Shown piece after piece: positions 46,663-56,590 of a DNA stretch of 64,000 bases. Location of the stretch: sequence record NC_031927.1; one strand, written 5' to 3'. Both the position numbers and the translations under genes were made by a program. Below the pieces are notes generated by a model, which ran no database searches, had not been told where the DNA came from, and saw nothing but the letters and a program-made list of their open reading frames with translations. The stretch's first letter is position 1. The number at the start of each line of letters is the position of its first letter.

Positions 46663-47229
46663 GTGCCTGACATCTATTACAAGCAGATAACCAATAGGAA
46701 CTATATGAGTCCTCTTGGCTTTGACTTTACCATTGCTAGATTCCCAAAGGTATCATTCTTTGCAAATACCGCATCACTTCCTCAAATCTCTTTAGGTGGA
46801 GCGGAGCAATCGAATTACCTAAAGCAGCTTATGCATCCAGGAGATCGTGTTGAGTATGGTGAACTACCTATTCAATTTCTAGTTGATGAGGATATGATCA
46901 ACTATACTCTAATTCATAATTGGATGACTGGATTAGGATTTCCTGAATCTTGTCAGCAGTTTTTGGAACAAACTACCGATGATTCTGGAGATAGGGATCT
47001 TGAATTGCAGTATAGTGATGCTTCATTAAGAATTCTAAACAGCAATTACAATACGATATCTCAACTTAAGTTTTGGAGTATTTTTCCAACATCATTGTCA
47101 TCACTTGACTTTACAACCTCCGATACGGATGTTAATTACTTCACTGCTAATGTAACATTCCAATTCCTGTATATGCAAATTTTAGATAAGGATGGTAAAG
47201 CCTTATCACCTGATTATGTTAACTCGTGA
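46663..47229 (+). CDS. g3: Tail tube terminator / tail completion protein gp3
   Basis: NRNYMSP.GF.F, PGD...YG.L...FLVDE.M.NY..IHNW motifs. Follows g23. GTG start. Confidence 0.9.
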   Translation: MPDIYYKQITNRNYMSPLGFDFTIARFPKVSFFANTASLPQISLGGAEQSNYLKQLMHPGDRVEYGELPIQFLVDEDMINYTLIHNWMTGLGFPESCQQFLEQTTDDSGDRDLELQYSDASLRILNSNYNTISQLKFWSIFPTSLSSLDFTTSDTDVNYFTANVTFQFLYMQILDKDGKALSPDYVNS

Positions 47230-47239
47230 CTTTTAATTA

Positions 47240-47674
47240 ATGAATTTAGAAAAAATCCAGGAAATGTGGGAAGCTGATTCCAAGATTGATATGGATAATC
47301 TCCACGATGAATCAATCAAAATCCCACAGCTACATCAAAAGTATTACACACTGTATACCACAATTAAACTTCTACGGACAAAATGTAATGATACTCTAGC
47401 TAAAACTAGGTTAGAGAGATACAACTACTACAGTGGTAAGGCACCAGCAGAAGCATATGTCGAAGAGCCATTCCCATATAAGGTAAGGGATAAGGAGTCA
47501 ATGTCTATGCATTTGAATGCCGATGATAAGCTAGCAAAAATCAAGCTTAAAATGGATTACTATGATGTGATGATTTCTTTCTTGGAAGATATTCTAAAAA
47601 TGGTTCACAATAGAGGCTATCAAGTAAAAAATAGTATTGACTTTCTCAAATTTCAATCTGGTATGGGGTTCTAA
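47240..47674 (+). CDS. uvsY: Recombination mediator UvsY
   Basis: W..DS.ID..NL..ES..IP.LH.KY and I.NR.YQ.KN.I.F..F..G motifs. Confidence 0.92.
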   Translation: MNLEKIQEMWEADSKIDMDNLHDESIKIPQLHQKYYTLYTTIKLLRTKCNDTLAKTRLERYNYYSGKAPAEAYVEEPFPYKVRDKESMSMHLNADDKLAKIKLKMDYYDVMISFLEDILKMVHNRGYQVKNSIDFLKFQSGMGF

Positions 47675-47865
47675 TGGATAATATTCCTGACTATACAGTA
47701 GATCTTACAATTGAAGACATTAGGCTTATGCATCAATGCATTGAGTATCGTATTAAGTATTGGGAAGGATCCCCAGCAAGACCACCAGAGGAGCAGGAGC
47801 ATCTTTGGAAGGTTAGAGATTCTCTCTATGCGATGATGCTTGACTATACTTTTCACAATTTGTAA
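47674..47865 (+). CDS. Hypothetical protein, 63 aa
   Basis: ORF track. TAATG coupling to uvsY. Confidence 0.75.
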   Translation: MDNIPDYTVDLTIEDIRLMHQCIEYRIKYWEGSPARPPEEQEHLWKVRDSLYAMMLDYTFHNL

Positions 47866-47910
47866 CCTCCTGAACATCGGCTAAATAACTTTAGCTGATG
47901 TTTTTTTTTA

Positions 47911-49371
47911 ATGTCCGACTTGATTATCAGCAAGAAGAACGAGGTGTTTCTTCAAATTGATTGTGAGCCACATATTCAATATGAGTTGCGTGATGCATTC
48001 TCATTTGAGGTTCCTGGTGCTAAGTTCCATCCATCATTCCGTAAGAGGCATTGGGATGGGACAATTAATTTATTTTCCCCACAAACCAAACAGATCTATG
48101 TTGGGTTGCTAGATCGTGTTATTGCGTTTTGTGAACAGTATGGTTATACATATGAATTCAGGGACAATAAGTTTTATGGATTACCTTATGAAGAAAATGA
48201 AGAGATCTCTCCTATTGGTGTTACTGATTGGGTTAAATCCATTACTTCTTATAAGCCCAGAGATTATCAGCTCCACGGGATCTATACCGCTCTCAAATCA
48301 AATAGGAAACTTATCGTTTCTCCAACTGCGTCTGGTAAGTCGCTAATGATCTATGCCCTAGTGGCATACTATGCTCAACGCAATGAGAATATTCTTATTG
48401 TAGTTCCTACTACATCTTTGGTAGAACAGATGTATAAGGACTTTGAGGATTATGGATTTGATGTTGGTTCTTATTGCCATAAGATCTATGGTGGCAAAGA
48501 ACTTAAAACTGATAAGCAAGTCACTATTACCACTTGGCAGTCTGTATACAAATTACCTAAACCATTCTTCCAAAAGTTTAATGTAGTCATTGGTGATGAG
48601 GCACATAACTTTAAGTCAAAGAGTTTAGTTAGTATTATGACTAAGCTATGTGACGCAAAGTATCGCTTTGGTTTCACAGGTACTCTTGATGGAACACAGA
48701 CAAATAAGCTTGTATTAGAAGGGCTATTCGGTCCAGCATATAACACCATTAGAACAAAGGAGCTAATGGAAGCTGGTCACGTAGCTAAACTTGATATAAA
48801 AGTTCTCTTATTAAAGCATGATGAGCAAACATTTAATAGGTATGAGGATGAGATTCAGTATCTTATCGGACACGAAAGAAGAAACAAATTTATTAGCAAT
48901 CTAGCATTAGGTTTGGAAGGTAATACTTTGGTTCTATTCACAAGAGTAGAAAATCACGGTAAACTCCTTCACGATCTTATAAATAATAAGAAAGATGAGA
49001 AACACCAAGTATTCTTCGTACATGGTGGTGTTGATGTAGAAGAACGAGAACAAGTACGAGAGATCACAGAAAGAGAAAACAATGCGATTATCATCGCATC
49101 CTACGGTGTATTCAGTACTGGTATCAATATTAAAAATCTACACAATGTAATTTTTGCTTCTCCATCTAAATCTCGTATACGTAATTTACAAAGTATAGGA
49201 CGTGTTCTTAGAAAAGGTGCTAATAAAGATAAGGCTATGTTATATGATATAGCTGATGATACGACAAAGAATGGTAAAAAGAACTACACTCTTAATCACT
49301 TAATTGAACGTATTAAAACATATAACGAAGAAAAATTTAATTATGACATAATCAATGTTAATTTACGGTAA
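47911..49371 (+). CDS. uvsW: SF2 RNA-DNA/DNA helicase UvsW
   Basis: SPTASGKS, IGDEAH, GFTGT and LQSIGR.LR motifs. Confidence 0.97.
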   Translation: MSDLIISKKNEVFLQIDCEPHIQYELRDAFSFEVPGAKFHPSFRKRHWDGTINLFSPQTKQIYVGLLDRVIAFCEQYGYTYEFRDNKFYGLPYEENEEISPIGVTDWVKSITSYKPRDYQLHGIYTALKSNRKLIVSPTASGKSLMIYALVAYYAQRNENILIVVPTTSLVEQMYKDFEDYGFDVGSYCHKIYGGKELKTDKQVTITTWQSVYKLPKPFFQKFNVVIGDEAHNFKSKSLVSIMTKLCDAKYRFGFTGTLDGTQTNKLVLEGLFGPAYNTIRTKELMEAGHVAKLDIKVLLLKHDEQTFNRYEDEIQYLIGHERRNKFISNLALGLEGNTLVLFTRVENHGKLLHDLINNKKDEKHQVFFVHGGVDVEEREQVREITERENNAIIIASYGVFSTGINIKNLHNVIFASPSKSRIRNLQSIGRVLRKGANKDKAMLYDIADDTTKNGKKNYTLNHLIERIKTYNEEKFNYDIINVNLR

Positions 49372-49376
49372 GTATT

Positions 49377-49802
49377 ATGACTGATAAGAAGATAGCATCT
49401 ATTAAACTAGTATCGGGTGAAGAAGTTGTATGTACATTACTGAGTATTGAAAAGGATGGTTCTTATACAATCTTATCTTTTACCAATCCATTAAGAATAC
49501 AATTACGGGATAGAAGGAGGAACAAAAGGTATTCATTAGAGCCTTGGTTGTGTCTTAAAAATGATACGATTCATTGTATTGATGTTACTAAAATTATTAC
49601 AGTAAATGAAATTACTGATGAGGATGTTCTTAGTGACTATAACTCATACTACAGGAAAAAGATTAACTTAATGCCTAAACCTAAAAGGGAGATATCAACT
49701 TCTAATAAAATAGGTTATGTAGGTAATACAAAAGACTTTAAAGATGTTCTAGAAAAACTCTATAGAGATACTGATTCATATGAGAAGCCAACTGACGTAT
49801 AA
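49377..49802 (+). CDS. Hypothetical protein downstream of uvsW (Sm-like-type N-terminus)
   Basis: IKLVSGEEVV motif at the position usually found between uvsW and g55. Confidence 0.75.
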   Translation: MTDKKIASIKLVSGEEVVCTLLSIEKDGSYTILSFTNPLRIQLRDRRRNKRYSLEPWLCLKNDTIHCIDVTKIITVNEITDEDVLSDYNSYYRKKINLMPKPKREISTSNKIGYVGNTKDFKDVLEKLYRDTDSYEKPTDV

Positions 49803-49820
49803 GTATCTCTATGTTTCTCT

Positions 49821-49886
49821 AAGTACTTAAAGTGTCTTATCAACCTCGACAAGGCTGATTGTACTCCATTTTGAGACCCTTGTCAA
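49821..49886 (-). promoter_or_regulatory. Minus-strand sigma70 promoter plus conserved 36-bp block, copy B
   Basis: Minus strand reads TTGACA (49886-49881), 17 nt, TACAAT (49863-49858). Block is 34/36 identical to 2056-2091. Confidence 0.75.
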
Positions 49887-49910
49887 GTCTTTACCATTTA
49901 TTGTGAATCT

Positions 49911-49920
49911 GTGCTATAAT
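49911..49920 (+). promoter_or_regulatory. Extended -10 promoter for g55
   Basis: TG-C-TATAAT, 27 nt upstream of the g55 ATG. Confidence 0.7.
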
Positions 49921-49946
49921 GTACACATATAAGCAGTAGAAGTGCT

Positions 49947-50423
49947 ATGGCTAAAGCTAAAACTGAACATTACGTTAACAATAGAGATTTTCTTGATGCT
50001 CTTATCGAGTACCGAGAGAAGGTAGCTGAAGCTGCTGCTAATGATCGCCCTAAGCCTAGGATTACTAACTATATTGGGTCTTGCTTCCTTAAGATTGCTA
50101 CCCACCTTAGCTATAAGTCTAACTTCGTAAACTATATGTACCGTGAGGATATGATCTCCGATGGTATTGAGAACTGCGTACAATACATCCATAACTTTGA
50201 CCCAGCTAAGTCAAAGAACCCATTCGCATACTTCACCCAGATTAGCTACTTCGCATTCCTACGCCGTATTCAGCGAGAGAAGAGACAGCTTGATATTAAA
50301 ACTAAGATTGTAGAGAAGAGTGGATTTGAAGCACTAATGACTTCTGATGCTAATCTAACCAACGAATACCGTAACGATTACAACGCAATCAAAGAAAACA
50401 TCATTACCAAGCTTAACTCATGA
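49947..50423 (+). CDS. g55: Late-transcription sigma factor gp55
   Basis: HYVNN..F, F..Y.YREDMISDG.ENC.QY..NFDP.KS.NPFAYFTQI...AFLRRI..EK.Q motifs. Confidence 0.97.
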   Translation: MAKAKTEHYVNNRDFLDALIEYREKVAEAAANDRPKPRITNYIGSCFLKIATHLSYKSNFVNYMYREDMISDGIENCVQYIHNFDPAKSKNPFAYFTQISYFAFLRRIQREKRQLDIKTKIVEKSGFEALMTSDANLTNEYRNDYNAIKENIITKLNS

Positions 50424-51475
50424 GTTTAGTTGCTATTATCACCGACACCCACTATGGGGCACGTAAAGGTGCTGACTATCTACACAATCATTTTGAGAAG
50501 TTCTACTCAGAAGTATTCTTTCCTACACTAAAAGCTCGTGGTGTAAAGACTATCCTTCACTTGGGTGATGCTTTTGATAGTAGAAAATCTATTGAATACA
50601 ATTCCTTACAGTGGACCAAGCGTGTAGTCTTTGATCCAATGAAAGACTTTGACGTTCATATGGTTGTAGGAAACCACGACTGTTATTTCAAGTCAACGAA
50701 TAGGACCAACTCCCCTGATCTTCTTCTACAAGATTATAGTAACGTTAAAACCTATTCAGATCCCACTGAAATCACAGTAAATGGTGAAAAAATCCTAATG
50801 TTGCCTTGGATATGTGACGAGAATGTTACTAGAACCAAGGAAATGCTTACTAATAGTGACGCAAAGTATGCTATGGGTCACCTAGAACTCGGTGGCTTTG
50901 AGGCATATCGCGGTCATAAGTTTGAAGATGATAAGGGGCTAGTAAAGCCTTCCGAGTTCAGTAAGTTTGATAAAGTATTATCAGGTCACTTCCACACAAG
51001 ATCCGATGACGGTCACATCTATTATATGGGTAATCCATATGAGATGTATTGGAATGATGTAAATGATGCCCGTGGTTTTGTTCTATTTGATACTGAGACA
51101 GGTGAGATTGAGTATGTAAACAATCCAAACACACTATTCTCAATCGTATATTACGAGGACACAAAGCATCAATTATTCAATGCTACCGAGTATCGGGGTA
51201 AGATTGTAAAGGTTGTTGTCCGTAAGAAGACCAAGCAGAAGGACTTTGATAAGTTCCTAGATAAACTATTCAACGTCAATCCAATTGATATGAAGGTCGT
51301 TGAGAACTTCAATATCCAAGAGACAGAAGACTTTGACGCTAGCGATGCCGAAGAGAATACACTCTCAATCCTAAATCGCTATGTTGATGACGCTGACTTT
51401 GAGGATAGTGCCTTGGATAAGAATGAAATTAAAAACTTATTATCCACCATTTACCAAGAAGCCTGTGAGGTCTAA
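50420..51475 (+). CDS. g47: Recombination endonuclease subunit gp47 (Mre11/SbcD-like)
   Basis: ITDTHYG, HLGD.FD, VGNHD, MGHLE and SGHFH phosphoesterase motifs. Confidence 0.96.
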   Translation: MSLVAIITDTHYGARKGADYLHNHFEKFYSEVFFPTLKARGVKTILHLGDAFDSRKSIEYNSLQWTKRVVFDPMKDFDVHMVVGNHDCYFKSTNRTNSPDLLLQDYSNVKTYSDPTEITVNGEKILMLPWICDENVTRTKEMLTNSDAKYAMGHLELGGFEAYRGHKFEDDKGLVKPSEFSKFDKVLSGHFHTRSDDGHIYYMGNPYEMYWNDVNDARGFVLFDTETGEIEYVNNPNTLFSIVYYEDTKHQLFNATEYRGKIVKVVVRKKTKQKDFDKFLDKLFNVNPIDMKVVENFNIQETEDFDASDAEENTLSILNRYVDDADFEDSALDKNEIKNLLSTIYQEACEV

Positions 51476-51771
51476 TGAAATCAGAAGATCAATGCTATCT
51501 TCTAACTAGTGTAGATAGTGATGGTACCAACATATACTCTTTAAGAGATAATGGGAAGGAACCAGAGGTCCTTATTTTCCAAGACCGTGACGATGCCGAA
51601 AGGTATGCTATAATGTTAGAGCAAGACGACGGCTATATTGTTGGCGAAAGCTTAACTATGGATATAGCCGAAGTTGAACTGGGTGCCGCTATTGATATTT
51701 TAAATGAAAAAGAACGTAATTACATCCTTGTAAAAAAAGAAGACTTATTTATTCCACCCCCTATTGACTAA
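51475..51771 (+). CDS. Acidic hypothetical protein between g47 and g46
   Basis: ORF track. F.DRDDAERYA.ML motif. Coupled to both neighbours. Confidence 0.8.
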   Translation: MKSEDQCYLLTSVDSDGTNIYSLRDNGKEPEVLIFQDRDDAERYAIMLEQDDGYIVGESLTMDIAEVELGAAIDILNEKERNYILVKKEDLFIPPPID

Positions 51772-53488
51772 TATGTTGATCTTCAAAAAGCTTCGTTATA
51801 AAAACTTCTTATCTTCTGGTGACTCTTTCACTGAGATAGATTTTCTTGCGAATAACACAAATTTAATTATTGGTAGTAATGGTGCGGGTAAATCTACTAT
51901 CCTAGACTCTCTCACCTTTGTTTTATTTAACAAGCCGTTTCGCAAAATTAACAAACCCCAGTTGGTAAATAGTGTAACTGAAAAAAATTGTCTTGTCGAG
52001 ATTGAGTTTAGTAATAATAATCGTAATTATTTGGTTAGGCGCGGTATCAAGCCTAACGTATTTGACATTGAGGTTGATGGAAAGCTCCTTGATAAGAGGG
52101 GTGATGATAGAGACAATCAAGTCACATTAGAAGAAAACATCCTTAAAGTAAATTATAAGTCCTTTACCCAAATTGTTATCCTTGGTAGTTCTACTTTTGT
52201 TCCTTTTATGCAGCTATCTGCTGCTCACCGTCGTGAGGTTATTGAAGATCTTCTAGACATCCGTGTATTCAGTTCTATGTCCTCCATTGTTAAGGATCGC
52301 ACTAGGACTGTTAGAGATGAGCTAAAACTACTTGACCTTAAAAGATCTTCTCTAAAAGAGAAGGGTGAGATGCAAGCTAAGTTTATTGATGATATTACTA
52401 AGCGTGGTCAAGCCAATATTGAAAAGAAGCGTGAGAGTATTAAGCAGCATATGCTTGAGCAACAGCAACTCCAAGAAAGTTCTGTGGAAGTTCTAGCGCA
52501 GATTGAAACTCTAACCGCTGAATTAGAAGAACTCAAAGGTGCTGGTGATAAGTTGCGTGAGCTTGGTGGTATGAAAGGTAAGATTCAGCAGAAGATTACT
52601 ACACTATCAAAGAATCATAAGTTCTTTAATGATAATACTAGCTGCCCCACCTGCACTCAAGACATTGATGAAGCTCTAAGGCAAACCAAACTATCTGAAT
52701 TAGGAACAGAAGCCAAGACTCTCAAGACTGGATACCAGGATCTTGAAAAGGCTATTGAGGCAGAAGAAACTCGTGAAGCTAGTTTTACTGAAGTCTCTGG
52801 TAACGTTTTAGATCTAAATCGCAAGCTAAATTCAAACAATACGAATATAACTAATATCAATAAGAATATTAGTAACCTTGAAACGGAAGTTGAGAGTATT
52901 CGTGAGTCTATTGAAAACCAGGGAGAAGCTAAGGAGCAGCTGTCTAGTATTGCTACCAAACTATCAGAAGTGACTGATAAGAGATCTGAACTCAATACTG
53001 AAATGGAAAGGTATAAGTTTCTCAACGAACTTTTGAAAGACGGTGGTGTAAAGACCAACATCATCAAACGATACATCCCCCTCATTAATAAGCACGTTAA
53101 TAAGTATCTTCAAATGATGGAGTTCTACATTAACTTCAACCTTGATGAAGAGTTCAATGAGACTGTTGTATCACCTATCCACGAACGATTCTCTTATGCT
53201 TCATTCTCAGAGGGTGAGAAAATGCGTATTGACCTAGCATTACTATTCACTTGGCGTGAGGTTGCTAGAGTCCGTAATTCAGTCAATACCAATCTACTAA
53301 TTATGGATGAAGTATTTGATAGCTCACTTGATGGTTTTGGAACCGAAGAGTTCCTTAAGATCATCCGCTATGTTGTTAAGGATGCTAATATCTTTATCAT
53401 CAGTCATAAGACAGAGCTACACGAGCGTTTTGATTCTGTTCTCAAATTTGAGAAAGAACGAGGATTCTCCAAACTAATTTCTAAATAA
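51764..53488 (+). CDS. g46: Recombination endonuclease ATPase subunit gp46 (Rad50/SbcC-like)
   Basis: GSNGAGKST, zinc-hook CPTC, signature FSEGEK and Walker B LIMDEVFD. The start may be ATG 51773. Confidence 0.97.
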   Translation: MTNMLIFKKLRYKNFLSSGDSFTEIDFLANNTNLIIGSNGAGKSTILDSLTFVLFNKPFRKINKPQLVNSVTEKNCLVEIEFSNNNRNYLVRRGIKPNVFDIEVDGKLLDKRGDDRDNQVTLEENILKVNYKSFTQIVILGSSTFVPFMQLSAAHRREVIEDLLDIRVFSSMSSIVKDRTRTVRDELKLLDLKRSSLKEKGEMQAKFIDDITKRGQANIEKKRESIKQHMLEQQQLQESSVEVLAQIETLTAELEELKGAGDKLRELGGMKGKIQQKITTLSKNHKFFNDNTSCPTCTQDIDEALRQTKLSELGTEAKTLKTGYQDLEKAIEAEETREASFTEVSGNVLDLNRKLNSNNTNITNINKNISNLETEVESIRESIENQGEAKEQLSSIATKLSEVTDKRSELNTEMERYKFLNELLKDGGVKTNIIKRYIPLINKHVNKYLQMMEFYINFNLDEEFNETVVSPIHERFSYASFSEGEKMRIDLALLFTWREVARVRNSVNTNLLIMDEVFDSSLDGFGTEEFLKIIRYVVKDANIFIISHKTELHERFDSVLKFEKERGFSKLISK

Positions 53489-53489
53489 T

Positions 53490-54119
53490 ATGAGTAAATT
53501 TAAGAACAACCTTATAGATGCTAATTTATTTCCTAGTTTTCTTTTATCTACTGATCTAAGATCTCTTGTTAGTAATAATGATATAAACTCAGAGTTTACT
53601 ATTATTAGAAATATTGATAGTGGGTTGAATAAAACAAACGTTGGTGGGTGGCACTCCACTCTTTATAAGAAGAATAGTGATTTGTGTGATTACACTAACA
53701 TAAAAAAACTATATGAACTTGTTTCTGAGTTTGTTGATGAATTTTTAGAAAATGATAAAACTAATTTATATACATCGAGTGTTAACTCATGGTTGTTGGA
53801 AAATGATTGTGGGTCATATAATACACTACATAATCATGGTAAAACTGATCTAATTGGGGTATATTATGTTAATATTCCTGAGGACTGTGGTGGATTAACT
53901 CTAATAAGAACCGACGCATTTACTCATACTGCGCTATGTGGTTCAAATAATTCTACACAATTTGCAAATTCCTTTACCCCAGATATTGATATCGGTAGAT
54001 TGTATGTTATGCCTGGTCATCTTTATCATCATGTAAGACCATTTGATAGTGAAGGATTGAGGAGATCTATTGTATTCAATATTAATTGTCAAGATATAAG
54101 TTATAGACAATCTGAATAG
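53490..54119 (+). CDS. 2OG-Fe(II) oxygenase superfamily protein (TIGR02466-like)
   Basis: W...N..G.YN..H.HG...L.GVYYV..P, L.H.V.P and R.SI.FN motifs. Confidence 0.8.
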   Translation: MSKFKNNLIDANLFPSFLLSTDLRSLVSNNDINSEFTIIRNIDSGLNKTNVGGWHSTLYKKNSDLCDYTNIKKLYELVSEFVDEFLENDKTNLYTSSVNSWLLENDCGSYNTLHNHGKTDLIGVYYVNIPEDCGGLTLIRTDAFTHTALCGSNNSTQFANSFTPDIDIGRLYVMPGHLYHHVRPFDSEGLRRSIVFNINCQDISYRQSE

Positions 54120-54163
54120 TGTCCACTGCCCCGCCAAGGGGCTTTTTAATGCTCTATAATAAT
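54118..54163 (+). promoter_or_regulatory. Repeated hairpin/T-tract plus TATAAT promoter cassette, copy 1
   Basis: 41/46 identical to 57353-57398. GCCCC-N5-GGGGC-T5, then TATAAT at 54155. Confidence 0.8.
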
Positions 54164-54183
54164 TTCATTGAAACGGATACGCT

Positions 54184-56349
54184 ATGTCAGTCAACCTAGA
54201 AGTCAAAGGCACACTTGCCCGTCTGCTCGCAACAGAAGACCTTTTGGTTGAGCACAAGAATGTAAGCACCGCTAGCTTTAACGTCCATAGCCGTGTCCTT
54301 ACGCTCCCACGATGGGAGAAAGCATCCAATAATGTATTCAACCTCCTTATCTCCCACGAAGTAGCCCACGCTCTCTTCACACCAGATGAGGATTGGAGAA
54401 AGAAAACTAAAATCCCACAGGGCTTCATTAACGTCACAGAAGATGTGCGTATTGAAGTATTGATGAAGAAAAAATACGCAGGTCTCCCCAAAACATTCTT
54501 CCGTGGATATCAAGAACTCCACGATCAAGACTTCTTCGGCATTGCTGATGAAGATGTATCCGCAATGAATATTGCTGATCGTGTAAACCTACACTTCAAG
54601 ATCGGCAACTTCCTAAAAGTTCCTTTCACAGCTGCCGAGATGGTTGTTGTGGATCAATGTGCTGCCGCTGTAACCTTCGATGATGCTATCGCAGCAGCAG
54701 AGGCACTCTATGCCCTCCACGAGCAGCAGAAAGAAGAACAGCAGCAATCTGCTAATGAAGAAGTTAGTTCTTCCCCAGAGAGCACCGAGGAGCCACAGGG
54801 AAATGATGGTGGAGAAAGCGAAGAGCCCGAAGAGGCACCATCTGATAGTGAAGGTGAATCAAGTGAGGGTGGCGCTCCCCAAGAAGGTGAGGGTGATGAG
54901 GAACCTATTGAGAGAACTGAAAGTGATGATAGTGAGAATGTCGGCGGAGATTCTGCTGGTAATCTTACTGATGAAGTAAGCACTATGGAAAACTTCAATG
55001 AGAACCTTGAAGATATGGCTACAAAGAGTACCTATAATGAGCCTCTTTACCTGACTTATCCATCATTCCCAGCTGATAAGTATGTTGCTACTAACAAAGA
55101 TGTTCACGAATATATTAGTACTTCATTCACAATGCAACGCCAATTCTTCTATGATAATAACCCAGAAAATGCTGATTACTTTATCAATAATCTATTTGGG
55201 GTATATGATAAAAAGTATGCCGAATTCAAGCGCAATATTCAAAGTGAAGTCAACTATATGGTGAAGGAGTTTGAGTGTAAGAAGTCTGCTGCCGCATACT
55301 CTCGCGCATCAACATCCAGAACTGGTGTTCTTGACTGCACTAAACTCCATACCTATAAGTACAACGAAGATTTATTCAAGAAAGTAACAACTCTCCCACA
55401 GGGGAAGAATCACGGTCTTGTATTTGTTCTGGATTGGTCTGGCTCTATGTGTTATATCCTAGAAGATACTATCAAGCAACTACTCTCTATCGTTATGTTC
55501 TGCGATAAAGTGAATATTCCCTTTGAGGTCTATGCATTCACTAACGAGTGGAACCGAGATAATGCAAGCTTCCAAGCAAACTCTGATACTCCAAATGAGT
55601 TTATGGTTGGTGATGAGTTTAGTATGATGAATATTCTTACTAGCACAGTCAATCGCAAAGAACTACAACGCCAAATGCAAACTATCTTTATGATTGCTGC
55701 ATCCTATAATACTAGGGGTGGTGATATTGTTCCTAGCAGAGTAGGTCTTTCTGGTACTCCACTCAATGAGGCACTAATCTCACTACGCAAAATCCTTCCA
55801 CAATTCAAAAAGAATAATAATGTTGAGAAAGCACACGTAATGGTTCTCACTGATGGTGAAGCTGGTTGGACTAGGTATACCACTGAAATCCAGTCATATG
55901 ATGGTCAAAGTAAAATTAGTGTGGGGCGATTGGGTCATCAGAATGGATATCTTCGTAACCGAGTTACAGGTTCTGTCCGTAAGATTGATAAGAGTAGATT
56001 GGGTGGTGTGACCACATCAATCCTTGAAGACTTGCGCGATGAGTTCCCAGAAAGCACTTTCACTGGATTCCGTATCCTAGAGAGGCGTGGTAACTGGTTT
56101 GTCCGCCAAGCAGTTCAGTATGATGAAACTCAAATATCCAAGTGGAAGAAGGAGAAGTCAATTGCTCTAACTAATGCTGGGTATAATAAGTACTTCATTG
56201 TTGCTTCTGATAGCATCCAAGAATCCACTGAATTTGATGTAGATGAGGGAGCCACCAAAGCTAAAATCAAATCAGCATTTACTAAATCACTAAAAAGTAA
56301 GAAGAGTAACAAAAAAGTATTGGGTGATTTCATCTCACTCATCGCATAA
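54184..56349 (+). CDS. Metallopeptidase-like plus vWA (CobT-like) protein, putative MoxR partner
   Basis: HEVAH (HExxH), acidic linker, MIDAS DWSGS and LTDGE motifs. Confidence 0.85.
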   Translation: MSVNLEVKGTLARLLATEDLLVEHKNVSTASFNVHSRVLTLPRWEKASNNVFNLLISHEVAHALFTPDEDWRKKTKIPQGFINVTEDVRIEVLMKKKYAGLPKTFFRGYQELHDQDFFGIADEDVSAMNIADRVNLHFKIGNFLKVPFTAAEMVVVDQCAAAVTFDDAIAAAEALYALHEQQKEEQQQSANEEVSSSPESTEEPQGNDGGESEEPEEAPSDSEGESSEGGAPQEGEGDEEPIERTESDDSENVGGDSAGNLTDEVSTMENFNENLEDMATKSTYNEPLYLTYPSFPADKYVATNKDVHEYISTSFTMQRQFFYDNNPENADYFINNLFGVYDKKYAEFKRNIQSEVNYMVKEFECKKSAAAYSRASTSRTGVLDCTKLHTYKYNEDLFKKVTTLPQGKNHGLVFVLDWSGSMCYILEDTIKQLLSIVMFCDKVNIPFEVYAFTNEWNRDNASFQANSDTPNEFMVGDEFSMMNILTSTVNRKELQRQMQTIFMIAASYNTRGGDIVPSRVGLSGTPLNEALISLRKILPQFKKNNNVEKAHVMVLTDGEAGWTRYTTEIQSYDGQSKISVGRLGHQNGYLRNRVTGSVRKIDKSRLGGVTTSILEDLRDEFPESTFTGFRILERRGNWFVRQAVQYDETQISKWKKEKSIALTNAGYNKYFIVASDSIQESTEFDVDEGATKAKIKSAFTKSLKSKKSNKKVLGDFISLIA

Positions 56350-56389
56350 TGTGCTATAATAAACACATTAGTATTACTATTAGATAATA

Positions 56390-56590
56390 ATGAAACTAAC
56401 CAAAGAACTAATCGCGGAGATTGAATGTGCTCTGGATATGCGAAAGAAAAATGGTGATGTAGTCTGGGAAGACGGTGACGATATTGAAGTACAAATCGCT
56501 GGCGTATATGCTGGCGATAAGTTTATTGTTCTAAAAAATAGAACAAAGAGTCCCGTTATTAGTAGTGTCGCACCTACGGTAAGTGAATGA
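56390..56590 (+). CDS. Hypothetical protein, 66 aa
   Basis: ORF track. TGCTATAAT at 56354-56362 upstream. Confidence 0.8.
   Translation: MKLTKELIAEIECALDMRKKNGDVVWEDGDDIEVQIAGVYAGDKFIVLKNRTKSPVISSVAPTVSE

Noticed and set aside
8002-49371. Inteins, group I introns or homing endonucleases in g7, g17, g20, g23 or uvsW
   Set aside because: The ORFs are uninterrupted, the core proteins have ordinary lengths, and I recognised no intein splice motifs or LAGLIDADG/HNH/GIY-YIG motifs.
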